From: Epiperipatus broadwayi
Lineage: Eukaryota > Animalia > Onychophora
Assembly (NCBI GenBank): GCA_028023455.1
Contig: JAQFVV010000003.1
Coordinates: 7,688,001-7,752,000 of the forward strand
DNA length: 64,000 bases
Direction: 5' to 3'
A model generated the notes under the pieces. That model had not been told where the DNA came from and made no database searches. It saw only the letters and a list, made by a program, of their open reading frames with translations. A program made the translations under genes and the position numbers. Positions 1-13,700 of the stretch are shown here, in pieces (the stretch's first letter is position 1; every line of letters begins with the position of its first letter).

Positions 1-9
1 TGCTTTAAA

Positions 10-200
10 TCAATCCTGAAGAAATCTTCCGTGTTATTTCATGATGTAAGTTAATCCTGGAGTACTGCAATGTCTGTAAAAGTCTTAAGTGTTATTTTAG
101 AGAGCAATTAATTCTGGAAATGTTATTTAGGATGTAAGTTAATCCTGGAAAAGTTTGAGTGTTACTTCAGAATGTAAAGTAATCCTAGGGATGCCTAAGT
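10..200. repeat. Degenerate ~30-40 bp minisatellite
   Basis: Four to five recurrences of GTTATTT...ATGTAAGTTAATCCTGG-like units. Confidence 0.6.
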
Positions 201-2171
201 ATTATTTTACGAAATAATTGTTTTGTTTTGAATCTTGGTTATTTTTCAATTTCTGTATCTAAAGACTTTTTTTTAAGTTCTGGAATGCAATTTTTATCAT
301 AATTTTTTTTTATTCAGAAAATATGATTTTCTACTTCAATATATTTCATCATCTTATGTATGAAAATGAATAAAGTGACGTTTCTAAATTAATGTAAATA
401 TTATTTTGTGGGGATAAGATTATATAAAACTAACTTCATACCCAAATGTAATCTAAACAGCTGAGATTTTCAGATGTGCCAAATTCTTAAATACCATTAA
501 CTATATCATGGCAATATATTTAAAATAAATTTTAATATCTGATTTAAAAATTTCATAAATATTGTATTATTATCAGTTGGACTTGTAGAATAAGGGATTG
601 GTGATATATTTATCTTTTTAACTTATTTATCACTAGTAATTATTGCTAACATTTATAATTAAATTAATTATTGTTATTTTTTTTTTTTATTGTCTCTCCA
701 TTTTCTTTTACCTTACTGTCTTCGGTTACTTAGGTTTAGTCTCATTGTGAACATCTCATGCTATCAGTTATCTTTGTGTACTAACTAGATTATGGTATTG
801 GGTGTTTATCCAGTCTTTTTTTTTCCTTTGTTTTCTTAACTTCTTATTTTTGTTTTTGTACTTTTTTTCTTTTGGGATTAGAATGATGGTACTTGTTTAC
901 TAGTGGCTATTAGTGATAATGACATAAGTAAAGTTTGAAGTGGAATAAAAAGATATACAAAAAAATAAGAAGAGCAAAACAAAATACATTACACATGATC
1001 TTAGAAGTAAAGGAGTAATGATTGAGAGGAAAATTTATATGGAAAAGGGGAAAACAGGAAATTAGTAGAAAGTTGATAGATAATCCTCAGGAAGTGTTAT
1101 AATGAGAATCATAAACAGTCTTAGAATAAGAGATCTGGAATCAATCTTGCTCTTGTGTGGATTGCTCATATCCAAGGTTATTTATGATATATATTGGTAT
1201 TTTGAATATATATAATTTTGATATTTGTGTATTCAAAACTATCCCCCCCCCCTTTTTTTTTTTTTTAACTGAACTAAAAAAAAATAATTTCAGCCATCAA
1301 TCAGATTAAAGTATGAATATGGTAATGGTAAAATGGAAATTGTTTTATATATTGCAGTTTTATATATTATAATTAAAATACAGCATAATACAAATTAGAA
1401 GACAATTTAATGAAGATCCACTGTCTGATAACATTCATCAATGATGTTGGTAGATCCAAAAGCAAAAATTGATTTTGTAAAGGGAAAAAGCTTGAAGCAG
1501 TAATGTTAGAAATTATGCAGAATCTGATACTATTTAATAGAGCCCATAAAAGTGATGAATGAAGGATTTTTTAAAATAAAAGAAATCACGGCTGACAGAA
1601 AAAGTAATAGCAGAAGAACAATTGTAGTTTGGAAAGATTTTGACAATAAGTTAGATGAGTATACCAAAAAAACAAATAATTACCCAAGTCTTTTAGCTCT
1701 GGTGAAGACATGTAATGTAGCTGTCAATGCAAAAGTAATGTAGATTAAATTGAGAAAATTAGATTTACTAATGTAAACCATTTTTTCATTTTTAAATACT
1801 CAATAATCAATATAACATACATCTAAAATGTTGATATTCTTTATGTAAATTTTTTTTTTTTTTTTAATATGGATTTTTGCTGTACCATTGAGTTTCTGTA
1901 ACTTCTGATGTTGAATCAACAATAAACATTCAATGACTAGCTTTAATTATCATTACAAAAATTATTCTATAATGTCATAATTAAGGATTTATTATAAAGA
2001 TGCTGATATTACAAAATGCATGATGATATACTGTATATAAATTAGATATCATATATACCATACATACATATATAGATAAAAGATCAAGTCATATTTACTA
2101 TTATTTATAGCAAAAATGAATTTGAGAAAAATTACCATTACATTAAGATATTTGCAAACATTCACTTAAAA

Positions 2172-2345
2172 CAGGCAAAACTCTCCATACAGTAGTACCA
2201 CTCAGTGCAAGCCAGAGTAATCAATCACCACTTGTGCATAAAATCCCTATCTAGTGCCTACTCATCCAATATCCCCAGACTAGTTTCTAGCTTAATAATA
2301 GTTATGAGCAAGCATAAGAAATGGTGATCATGTGATGTTTAATGT
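2172..2345. mobile_element. Family A (HHR-bearing non-coding repeat), truncated copy with inversion
   Basis: Matches 26030-26110, 28268-28390 and 54962-55090. Carries the 3' half of the HHR on the - strand (GCTA GAAA CTAG TC TGGGG), then switches orientation and ends in GTGATCATGTGATGTTT. Confidence 0.8.
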
Positions 2346-3646
2346 TCTACAGATTTTTATATTTATTATTATAAGAAAAAAAAATCAGAAAGTAAAAGCA
2401 ATTTACTAATTTGTTCTTTGGCTCAGCTTAGAAAGAAATATCTAACTCTGTAACAGGTTTGAATTTAGTTTCTTTAAAATCCTACACTCATCTGTATAGT
2501 TTGGTTGCAATTAATAGGAGGTCTGACTTTTTTAGGCCATATGTGTTGTTCACCACTTTACTCCTTCTATCAGATTTAAGCCTTTTTTAACCAATTTATA
2601 AATTCATGATCATTAAATTTCAATGAATTTGGTGACTGCTCAAAGAAATTGATTTTGACACATTGTTTCTAGGTGGAATTAGTGAGTAAAGCAGTAGTGT
2701 TATTCATGTGAGCTTAAATTTACCAAACTTCTGATAAAGCTTATTATCAATTATTAAGTGGAAGTGTCTTATGATGTGGCACTTAGAAAATCTGCATACT
2801 ATACCCATGAACTGAAATTTGTATCAAAATAGAGCTTGGAAATTTTATTAAATAACAAACCTAGGATTTATTTTCACGAAATTTGACATAATTATATGAC
2901 AATTGAAAGTAATCAAGGATATATATATTCTTAATAAAGGATAGAAAGATTAATCTAAATTGGTCTTATTGATAAATAGGTGCAGTCTTCATCATGGGCA
3001 GATGTGTCATACTCCTTTAGTTGCTGAGACTATGGTTTTCTCTTTTTAACAATTAATGTTGCTTATAATTGCAGTTGTAATTAGTGAATTACCTGTATTT
3101 TTTATTTGTATCCTTTAAAATAGAATATTGAATTATTATTAAATGCCATCACATTGATAATGAATATTGGTGGTGATCATTTGAGGGGGTATATTACATC
3201 GCCTGTTTATTTTTTATGCTCTTCAATGTCAGGTTATTTTGATAATGAAATTATTTCATTGTTGAATTGTTTCTCACTGATAATATTTCTGAAGATTATA
3301 CAATTTTTTAATGAAATAGATCATCTTATGTGGTATGATTTGAGAGAACTTTTATGTGTATGAAAATTGATCTTTGTGAGTTAAGCATGTGAGCATAAAC
3401 TTAAGGAGATTTTGGGTGACACTAATTGTGAAGGGTTAGTTAGAAAGCGATGATAAAGTACTGCTGTCAGTTATTAGATGTGATTGTTTGGAAGTGTTTT
3501 TTTTTTAAATTTCAGTTGACTTTTTGGAGTCCGTAATCTTGCTTTTTACTTAACATTTTAATATTTTTAAGAAATTGTTATATAGATAATGCCAACAATC
3601 CAATTAGAAGTTTAATTTTCTACAATGTTTTTTTTTTTATCATTAG

Positions 3647-3759
3647 GTCATTTCTTCCATAGTGCTGCAAAAAAATTATCTACAGTTCCTGTAGAAGGAA
3701 AAACCATGAATGATTATTTGAAAACATTAAAAATAATTAAATGCTCAGACAGAAATTAA
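3647..3759 (+). CDS. Possible terminal coding exon of an unidentified gene entering from the left
   Basis: Poly-T tract plus cattAG acceptor, then open frame (G)HFFHSAAKKLSTVPVEGKTMNDYLKTLKIIKCSDRN* with protein-like composition; AATAAA near 3965. No homology recognised. Confidence 0.3.
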
Positions 3760-5644
3760 GAGTAGCTTCAAAAGTTCAAATATTTTTCAATTTTATAATG
3801 CATGATCTGTCAAAAAAAAAAAACATATCAATAAATGTCACAAAAGTTTACATATTGATAAACCTTCTAGTTGGAGTGTTATTTCTTTTCTTTTTTTTTC
3901 TTCATTTTAACATTGTTCATTTATCTATCTGATGCACATTCTATATTATGGTGTTAAATAATAATAAATTGTTGATTTTGGTATATAATACTATACTTTT
4001 TATTGTAAAACTTTATTTGTCACTAGTGTTTTCTACTTCAAATTTGCATTTCTATTTCTTTTATTGACATTTAACCATCAAATTACTGAAAGTATGAATA
4101 TCAGAGTCTTTTTCTAAAATGTTTTAAATATAAATTTATATATGTTTTTTTTTAACTCAAAAAAGTGTATAATATATGGCTGAATGTTTTGTTGATTTCA
4201 ATAAAACTTGAACTTTATTATTAAAATATCGTATTTGGAATTATTGATTAAAGGTATCAAAACTAATTATCACATGATTTTATTCTGCTAATATCAGTTT
4301 ACATTAGATGTTTTCTTTAGTTAACTATGTAAACATAAATTAAGTCAGTCGACAACAAATGGCAGTGTACCTGACTCACTTAAATAACTAATAATTTTTT
4401 TTGTTTACTGGCTTAGAAATTACTGATTTTGATAAAAAAAATTATCAATGTTTTATTATATTTTTTAAATTGATGAAAGTCATTTAACTAAAAATTAGTC
4501 ATATGAGTCAGTATTGCTGACTTATTAATGCTTATATATTTGGCTAAAGTAACAGTAGAGATATCTAATGCATCTTTATACAAAAATTCAATAACAGCAG
4601 ATCATTTTGTTGCCTTTTTGGTAAAACCCACTGTTTGTAGTTTAAAGTGAACTAGAATAATAAATCATACCAATGAATGACCAACAGTGGTATAGCAGTA
4701 ATTGATGCACTATCATTTTGTATAAATGATACATAAATATCTTTTGTTAAAAATAGACACACTGTTTTCATTAATATTAATTATATGAATCAGAGAATTA
4801 AAGTGCTTCTATTGAGCTCATTGTGAAAGTTAGATATTAGATGCAATAACCAACTCCTGAAATGTACACTGCTTCTGTGAGCTTTGTGTTATTTTTACAA
4901 TTCAGAGCTTACTTACTATATATCTCATATCTATAAATTATTTCAATTACTGCATGTTATAATTTCTAACCTCATAAATTATTTATTGAAAGATTGTTGT
5001 TGAAATAAATACTATTTGAAAAATATTTATAAATTAAATACCTTCTAATTTCTTACTTCACAATGAACATCATAAAGGGTGCTTCAATGCTTAGATTCAT
5101 ATCTTCAAGATTCAACTCTTTAATACACTTATTTGTGATATAAATTAGAACTCATGTTGAACTAAAATTGGTAGAATTTCATTTTCTGATTTCTTAGCTC
5201 TTTTTTTCTATTTCAAATTATTATCAAGTGGTATTATTTCTCATTCACTTTTTTTTTTTTTTCTGCTGATAGTTCTAAATTTTTAGTTTACAAATGCCTA
5301 GATCTTCCAACAGAAACAATTTTTTACTTGGATACAAACTATTTTCACTAAGATAAAAATCACTTAATCCATTGATAAGCAGATATTTATGTACTGATTG
5401 GATAATTTAAAATAGAATTGCAATATTCTTTTGCCTAGCTTATTATACTGTTTCTTAATGGTTTACTGGTATGATTTTCATCTTCAGACAGTTTTAGAAT
5501 GTAATTTAAATACCAAGACTTATTGCTTATTTTAATTAAAATTTGTTTTGGTAAAGCCGAAGTTTTGATTGGTTAATGAAGAATAATCTCTTCTTTTTTT
5601 TTTTAATCTTGAAATGGATTACAAAATCTACTAGTATGTGCACT

Positions 5645-5938
5645 TATAATTCAAATAATTTTAGTGATTAAAATAATAAAATATATATTTTAATTAATCA
5701 GTAGTATTTTTGATTACATTGTAATCTTTATCAACTGTAAACTAATATGGAAGTTTAATATCACATGATTTTCCATGAGCTGTGTAAGTCAGTATTTATT
5801 GCTCATGGAAAATCATGTGACATTAAACTTCCATGTTACTTTACAATTGATAAGGATTACAATATAATTGAAAGTGTTACAGATTAATTAAAATATATAT
5901 TTTATTGTTTTTACCATTAAAATTATTTGGAACTTACA
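5645..5938. repeat. Fold-back element, ~135 bp arms, 20-nt loop
   Basis: Arm ending ...TCACATGATTTTCCATGAGC (5780) pairs with GCTCATGGAAAATCATGTGA... (5801); complementarity continues with mismatches to about 5645/5938. Confidence 0.85.
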
Positions 5939-7020
5939 TATAATATATTTATAATGGGTATTTATAGTATTTTACATATATATATATATATTGTAACATC
6001 ATTGATTTGTAATCAGATGTCACACAAACAGGCACCATATCACATGGATTTTTAAAACACCAGAGTATGAGTCCTCTTGTAGACAATACCATGGCTAAAT
6101 ATAATTATTAAAATATAAAATTCTTTTATAATTCAAAATACCATATCTTAATTCTTAAAGTATCTATCTCAAATATAGGTTCTTTTGTTCTTTTCAATCA
6201 TAAATATCTTGTCTTATGTTTTAAAATATATTTATATCAAATATAAGTTCTTTTGCAAGTTTAAAATATCTTGAACTCAGGATTCAAATTCAGGATAAAA
6301 TGCACTTGGAACAAAAAGTTATTGGTAATACTTTAACTTGTTAACAAAAAAAAAAATATGATGGTTATTATTTAAGCTAGATATGGAATATTTGATACAT
6401 TTTTCTTAATTTATTTTGGAATCTTAATATTTTAAGAAAGTAAAAATGAAATTACATAATAACAGAGTACTCAAATACTTAAGTAATATATAATTGGTAA
6501 CTTTAAAAACATTTCTAAATACTTTACAATTATTTAAATATAATTATTTGACTAGTACTGTTTATAAAATACAGAAATCTTATATTTTCTGATGCAAATT
6601 TGAATAAGCAATATCAAAATAATGTTAGAAGGCAGTAAGAACATCTTTTATGCTGCCAACTATATATGTTTGAAATGAAACAAAACATCTTCAAAGAATG
6701 TAAGTGGAATAATTAAGCAAAATGAATGTATAAACACTATGTGATCATTGAAATATACTTTTTAAAAAAATTATTAATGCAAACTCTTATTAAAGTAGAT
6801 TTCCTGATAAATAGATGTCCTAATGCAATGATGTCATAATGGCAATGAAACAAAAACTTAGTTAATTAATAATAGAAATATTTATTTACAATATATAATA
6901 ATCCTTATAATAAAAATATTATTCCTATATCTCTCCTTTTTTTTATTTCTATTCATATATATTAGAATTTCTTTAACATCTCATACACTTTAATGCAATC
7001 TTTTTTACAATCCTTTATTT

Positions 7021-7060
7021 GATTACAGTTTTGACTGTCCTGCTGTCTTCATCAAAGCTA
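7021..7060 (-). ncRNA. Degenerate H1 hammerhead in inverted pLTR
   Basis: Minus strand TAGCT-TTGATGA-A-GACAG(CAGGA)CAGTC-AAAA-CTGTA, with C3->U and G12->A changes. Confidence 0.55.
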
Positions 7061-7728
7061 CAACATTTAAACATAATCACCAATTTATATGCATTCTATA
7101 GAAACAGGACATATTTGAGAAAGATGGTGTGAAAATGATTGGTTATACTAATAAAAAAGATAGAAAATTAAAAAAAGCTATATTAATTAAAAAGATAAAG
7201 CCAAATCTAAATAGAGATGGGGGACAAAACATAAAAAATATTAATAAATATATATATAAGTTTTTCAAATAGATAAAAAGTTTAAAGAATCAGATAAAAA
7301 GTTGAAAAAATTGATAATAGAGGGAGTTATATACTAGGAGTATAGGAAAAGGAACCAAAATTTCAGTCACAGTTGTGCAAAGAGAAGTGAAACTTATAGA
7401 GAAGTAAATAAAATGAAAAAATTAAATTAAAAAATGAGAATAGGAAAATAAAAACAAATAAGAGTAAGAATAAAATAGTAATATTAATAAAGGAATAAAT
7501 ATATAAAATAATAGATAATAAAAAATATTAGGGAATAAGTATATAAAAAATGGAATGGTTATAATGATATATTAAAGAATAAATGTGGAATTATGATAAA
7601 ATAAAATAGGAATGAAATGAAAGTAAAAATATATAAATAAGAGAAGCAAAGCTATAGAGCTAAGAAATATGATTATGAATGGTAATATGAAATATATATA
7701 AATATAATAATGGTTATATGTTTAAATG

Positions 7729-7768
7729 TAGCTCTGATGAAGACTGCAAGACAGTTGAAACTAAGCTA
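7729..7768 (+). ncRNA. Minimal type I hammerhead ribozyme (type H1)
   Basis: TAGCT-CTGATGA-A-GACTG(CAAGA)CAGTT-GAAA-C-TA-AGCTA: intact core, 5-bp stem I, 5-bp stem II. Stem III is 2 nt shorter than the sister copy at 16602 (GAAACTGTA). Confidence 0.7.
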
Positions 7769-10700
7769 AATAAAAAGGGAATTATAAAAAAAAGATTGCA
7801 TTAAAGTGTATAAGAGGAGATGTTACAGAAATTTTAATATATATGAAAAATATTTATTTACAATAATTATTATTTATTTTAACCTATTATACTATATTTA
7901 CAAATACTAATACATTGGTATACCTTTTTTAAAAAACATTCCTACAATTTTATCATATAAGTTATACTCACTACCCAATAGTTCTCTTATTCATCAAATA
8001 CGGTCTTTATTTCCAACTAGTACACATAAAGTAAAAATATCTCTATGCCTTTGTCCAGGCTACTAGGAGATATTGTATACTTTTCTTAATTAAAAATAGT
8101 ATTAAAAATCAGTGTGGAGACACTTAATAAATATTAATATAATAACAACTAATATACAATATAAGACGTAACATCTATGTTAGGGCGAAGAAATATAATA
8201 TACTTTAAATTAAAAAATTATAGTGGAGCTTATAATGAATTGTAAAGCTGAACATGACTGGATATATACCAAAATATACTCTAATACTGAAATTCTAGAC
8301 AGTGGATAAAGGAAATATGAGCTAGCAAAAATACGAATGAGCACCCAGTACTATGGGTAAGTGGTGCCTCTGAATGTATGAGTCACACTCTCATGGAGGG
8401 GATAAATACATAAAAGTACTATAATATCCACTCAAAATTGCCTCAAAAATAATAAAAGGTATGGAGCTAATAATAATAAAATGAATAATTATCCATCTCA
8501 CACACACATACAATGTGCACACAACTCATTCACTCGGTTTAAAATTATATGTCTACCAACAAAACTGCATAATGATAACACTATAAACTATATACAATTC
8601 TCATACACATACTGATATTTATATTACTTTCATTCTAAATACTTTTCATAAATATACAAAAGGCTGTTATACCTCTGGGTACAATGATAATTTTGAATAC
8701 TCATTTGAAAAAATGAATAATAAAACCACAAAATAAACCTTTTAGCAGGTATCTTACCAATTCCTTTAATACTGTTCTTATAAATATCTATAATATTGTA
8801 ATTAATAATCATAATATATAAAATATGGCTATAATAATTTTAAACAAACAACTACAATATAAGAGATTAAAAGTTCATTTCCTTTTTTTATAAAGAAAAT
8901 TGCCTCATTCTAGTCCTTTTGTTCTTTTTTTGAAGTGATATATAAACACATTGGCCTTCACTAAAGTAAAGCAGACACAAAGATGGAGTTTATAATAAAA
9001 TTTCTTGAAAAATGTTCATAAATGAAATTTCATAGCTTCAAAATAATGGCAAGAGCTGACAGTAGATAAGTTTAGTAGCAAACAATTTTTTTTAAAACAC
9101 ATTTTCAATGGCAATGAAAATCAGGGGAGCAACACAATGGTAATTCTTGATTTAAAATTGCTCTTTATGAAGTTTTATTATAAGTCGACTGCTGTCAATT
9201 TAAATTTTTTTTTTTTTTTTTAATATAATAATATGTTTGAAGCAATCAGAAATTTTTAAAAAAAATATTCAAATAAATGAATAAATAAACTCGAGATGTA
9301 CAGCTATATTATTTGTTTTAGCATGAGACAATCTGGATATAGTCTTTTCCTTATGACAATTAAAGAGTTGATTTTCATAAATTGTTTTTTATTATAATTT
9401 TATAAGAATTTTAAATAATTGTCACTGCATTTTTTAGACTTAAGACTTATAGAAGTTCATTATTCTATATCTGAGCTTGACATAAGTAGATTAGTTATTT
9501 TTAATAATAATTAGTATTAATAACTAATTAAAAGTTAATTAAAACATGCCAGAGATAGTATTATAGAAAAGTTGTAGAATTTAACTTATGTTATATAACA
9601 ATGAAACTATATTCTTTTTCTTATGTGACTACTATTTTCCTTTGGCTTCTTTGAAAAACATTTTTAAAAATTTAGCATTTTGTTAATCTTATTGTTTGAT
9701 AAATCAGTTAAACATGCTGTCAGGAGAAATACTGCATGTATAACTTTCTAATTTTCTACTCAATCATGATGATAAAAATACAACTTAAACTTTTAAATTG
9801 ACTTTAAAAAAATAGTTAAACAAGAACCAAACAATTTAACTTAAAAATAAAGTTAAAATTTGAAATGCAGATTTTAAGTGAGTGTCAAAAAATTTTAAGT
9901 ATTTCTTTTTATACTAGAATGTTTATTGCTCTTCTCCCCATTCATGCACCAAAATCTTTACTGCATTTTTTTATCAAACCAATCATTTAAAGGTTTACAT
10001 ATTTAAATTAATAGTGCATTATTGACTTTAATTGGTCTGACGTTGACCTTGCACTTTAAATTCAAATGATTCGGTCATGTGATGTGTAGACAATAAATGA
10101 ACTTGTTAGTGATTTTTATCAACTCTAAATAATTATTAAATCAATTATTTAATAAAATTATTAATTAATTTTTAAATTAAACACTTCATTAAAATACCTC
10201 TTTTTCACTCTTTTCCTAGTATTATTTAAAAGCTTATTTTTTTAATAATTTAAAAACTAATTAACTGTATCCAATTTTTAAAATACACTTAATAAATCTT
10301 TTTAACTTTCAATATTTCACATGCACATACTCATATGTACATTAAATATAGCCATATTTAATGCAATGAAAATAAATTAATTATTGACAGACTTTTAAAA
10401 CCAATTAAAAATTAACATTAATCTCAGTCAGTTATACTTACTATTGTTAAACTTTATTTTAAAAATCAACAACTAAAAATCCTAACAAGTTAACTAATCA
10501 TTTTGGACATCATAAAACAATTTTATCTATTATATCTATTTGAAACATATTAAGCTCTAGATTAACTCTTCTTTAGTTTAAAAATATTAATTTTATCAAT
10601 CAGTTATTAAACAATCTAAGATAATTTTTTAAATAATTGCTAATTAAATAGGCTAACTAAATTAATTTAACTCATACTATTGAAACAATTTAAGATTTTT

Positions 10701-13700
10701 AATATAGTAATACAGATAAAGAAATTTTCTTATTATAGTTTTATAAAAAAAATTGCTTTAGAACATAACACTAACCCATAGGGTTAAATATATGGTTACA
10801 ATATATATATATTTTCCAAGCTTCCAATCTCTATATGATAAATGGATACAAGACATAATATATTTTAATTCCTGTATGACAAAAATCTTTATAAACTCTA
10901 GACATGTATTTGTATAAAAGTATTATAATATTTAAATCACAATTTTTAATAGTCATTAATATTTTACATACAAACAAGAATTTTAAATTATAGTAATGTA
11001 AGAGTTAAAATCAGTATTATCAGGTTGTTTTAAATATAGCATAATTATTTTCACAGAACAGGTTTATATTTTTAATTTCATTTTATTTTTCAATCCTAGT
11101 AAGAAGAGAGATTGTTTATTAATAGGATGCATAATCTAGTCAGTAGTAGTTTTTTTAAGTATAAGTGATAGCAATGAGAACTATTTTGTTTTACTTTAAC
11201 TTTAATATTCTTTTTTTTTAAACTAGATTTAATCTTGAATGATTTTCTCAAGGACTAAATGAGAAGTATGGATATTAGTTCAACATAAAGAAGTAATATT
11301 ATGACTAGAATACTTCTATTATTATGTAAACTCTAAATATGAGAGTTAAGACAATCTTCATATTTTCCAGTAAAAAAAAGGGTAGACAGTTATGATCTTT
11401 AAATTCCTTTGAGGCTAAATCATTGGCTTTTATTTCCTGGAAAATCTACACTGAAATTATTTACATAAATCAATTAGCTAGTATGTAATTAGCTTTACAT
11501 TGCTGCCATAGTTAATTTTGAAAAAACATTACTGCAAACAATTCTTTAAAATAAAAAATAATTATGTTTAACTTTCTTAATATTAACTATAACTATATAT
11601 GCATAATCTCTACATTGAGTATAGTTTGAACATCATATATGCTAGTAAATAATTAAAAAAACACTACATGAAAAGACTTCTCCAGCAGAGCATCCTTCTC
11701 GCTTGTTTTTGGAATAGAGATAGAGAAAGTCTTATTTATCAAGCTTGTCTACTGCCAAATGATAACTTTTAACAATTTTCCATACTTCTTTATCTTTTTG
11801 CTAAATATCCATTTTCCAATCTATATTGATCAACTAGCTGAATTGGCTAAAAAAAAATCTGATTGGAAACTGAAAACTTTGTTTTACTTCACCCTGATTT
11901 GAATCCCTTACCGTGAGTACTGTCTACCTAAATACCCATTTTCCAGATTACATTGAATGGCTATCTGGCTCAAGTACAGAAAGTCTGATGAAGCCTGACA
12001 CAGATTTGAATACCTTACCATGAACACATCAGGTGATTTTTTTAAATATATGTTTAAAAGCACTTTTATACAACACACATATAATTTGAATGGCATAGCA
12101 ATAACATTTTAATATATATTCATAGTGAAAAAGATTTGGATAATTATATTAAGAATATATGCTGTCAAGTTTACCACATAAACTGCCAATAACTTGAGCT
12201 ATTGAAAATTTATGGTCATTGCTTGCCACTCTTTTAGTACAATTTGTTTTAGCATCTCAATTTTAAAAATACATAATCTTTATTTAGTTCTTTCTTTACA
12301 ATTTAAAATATGCAACATGTGCTTTGATTTCACATATTTTTTAGTAATCATGAAAGAATTTTTTAGTTTTATTAATAAATATTAGCACTATGAACTACGG
12401 CTTCATTTCTTCTAGATGGATATTGTCTTTTTCACCATCTTTCATGTTTTGTCCATCTTTTGCAAATAGGCTGAGTGAATATTTTTTGAACCAACTATAT
12501 TTTTCTGGATAATTTTCATTTATTTGTGTCTTGGATGCTGCCATAGGAAATATTTTTAATGTTTGATAATGAGTCAATCAACAGCTGAAGCTAAACAATT
12601 TTAATTTCCATTTTATGATTCTCAATTTTTTTTCCAATTCATTTTTGTATACTTTATTTTCATCCATATGCCACATGCATGCATCTAACATGCATCCTAT
12701 TTTTTCTTAATAAAAATCTCAGATTTTTTTTATTAAAAATTGTTATAAAAATCTAAACATACTATTATCTATAATAATAAAATAATTTGCAACTATTCCA
12801 ATTTTCTCTGTACTACATGTTTTTATAATGCCCTATCCTATTTTTTTCACTCTAAAATTAGGTGTGCAAAAATACAGTTTATATGTATAATTATTTAAAG
12901 TACTTTTGTTTAGCATGTCTTTCAAATGCAACTATTATTCTCACATAATTTTTTGTCATCACCTATGTTTCACATCCATATAACAAATCAATAAATGTGT
13001 CTATTACAACTGTTTTGTAATTTGATTTATTTACTATTTTATGTCTTGCTCACGATTTGTAAATAAATTAATGCTATAATTATTGTTATTTGTATTTCAC
13101 TTTGGTATTCTAAATCATTGAAAATTTTAAAGTCCTATTTTGTTCCATCAATTTTTCTCTTTATTTCTGTCACTATTACTGATTTTATTTTAGTCATGTT
13201 AATTAGAATGTCTCATTTTTTAATTTTCATTTAATATTGATGCTAGCATTTTGTTTCATCTTTTTAATGATTATTATATCATTTGATCTTAAGTTATTAG
13301 CTCTCTTCATACACTTTTTTTTTTTATCTTACCGACTAAAGATAAATCCCATACAACAACCCCTCTTTTTTACCAAGACACTTTTTATTTCCTGTTATAC
13401 TTCTATGATTATTGATAAACTTTTTTATTCTACATTTTTTTTTTATCTACATTATTTCTTAACATATTTCATAACTCACTTTCCACAAAGTATATGCAAT
13501 TGATTTTCATAGTTTTTTCAGTAAATATCCTTTCCCTTATTCTTTAAATAATTTTTACACTCTGATGTTTTTTTCCAGTATATATTTACAATCATCCAAT
13601 TTCTTATGTCTAATGTTCCTAATATTTTCTTCATTTATTTTTTAATTGCTCATATCTAATCTATATAAAGCTATGACTTCAGATTCTTATGGAAAAGAGG

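Larger units (their letters stand above)
6950..7850 (+). mobile_element. 5'-truncated Penelope-like element 3' end with terminal pLTR and inverted pLTR copy
   Basis: 7082-7250 translates with one frameshift as IYMHSIETGHI/FEKDGVKMIGYTNKKDRKLKKAILIKKIKPNLNRDGG, resembling a PLE GIY-YIG C-terminus. 6950-7075 is the inverted copy of 7715-7850; both contain an HHR motif. Confidence 0.75.

Noticed and set aside
1552-1743. 63-aa ORF with a superficial chromodomain look (FKIKEITADRK...VVWKDF)
   Set aside because: No splice context, flanking frames full of stops, and it fits equally well with the RTE linker KIKEITG motif; most likely a LINE relic.
2981-3000. Minus-strand ATGATGAAGACTGCA, a near match to the H1 core start
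   Set aside because: No second stem II strand or GAAA follows; at best a truncated fragment.
5445-5495. Minus-strand ACTGT-CTGAAGA-TG...AAAC...ACAGT hammerhead-like string
   Set aside because: No GAAA, poor stem II, and a wrong spacer before stem I.
8630-8812. ORF with GIGK motif and possible micro-exon
   Set aside because: Several incompatible donor/frame options and no recognisable homology.
12395-12577. Coding-looking ORF (SWFKKYS) resembling a hAT TTF zinc finger
   Set aside because: Similarity too short and the expected Cys/His residues are missing.
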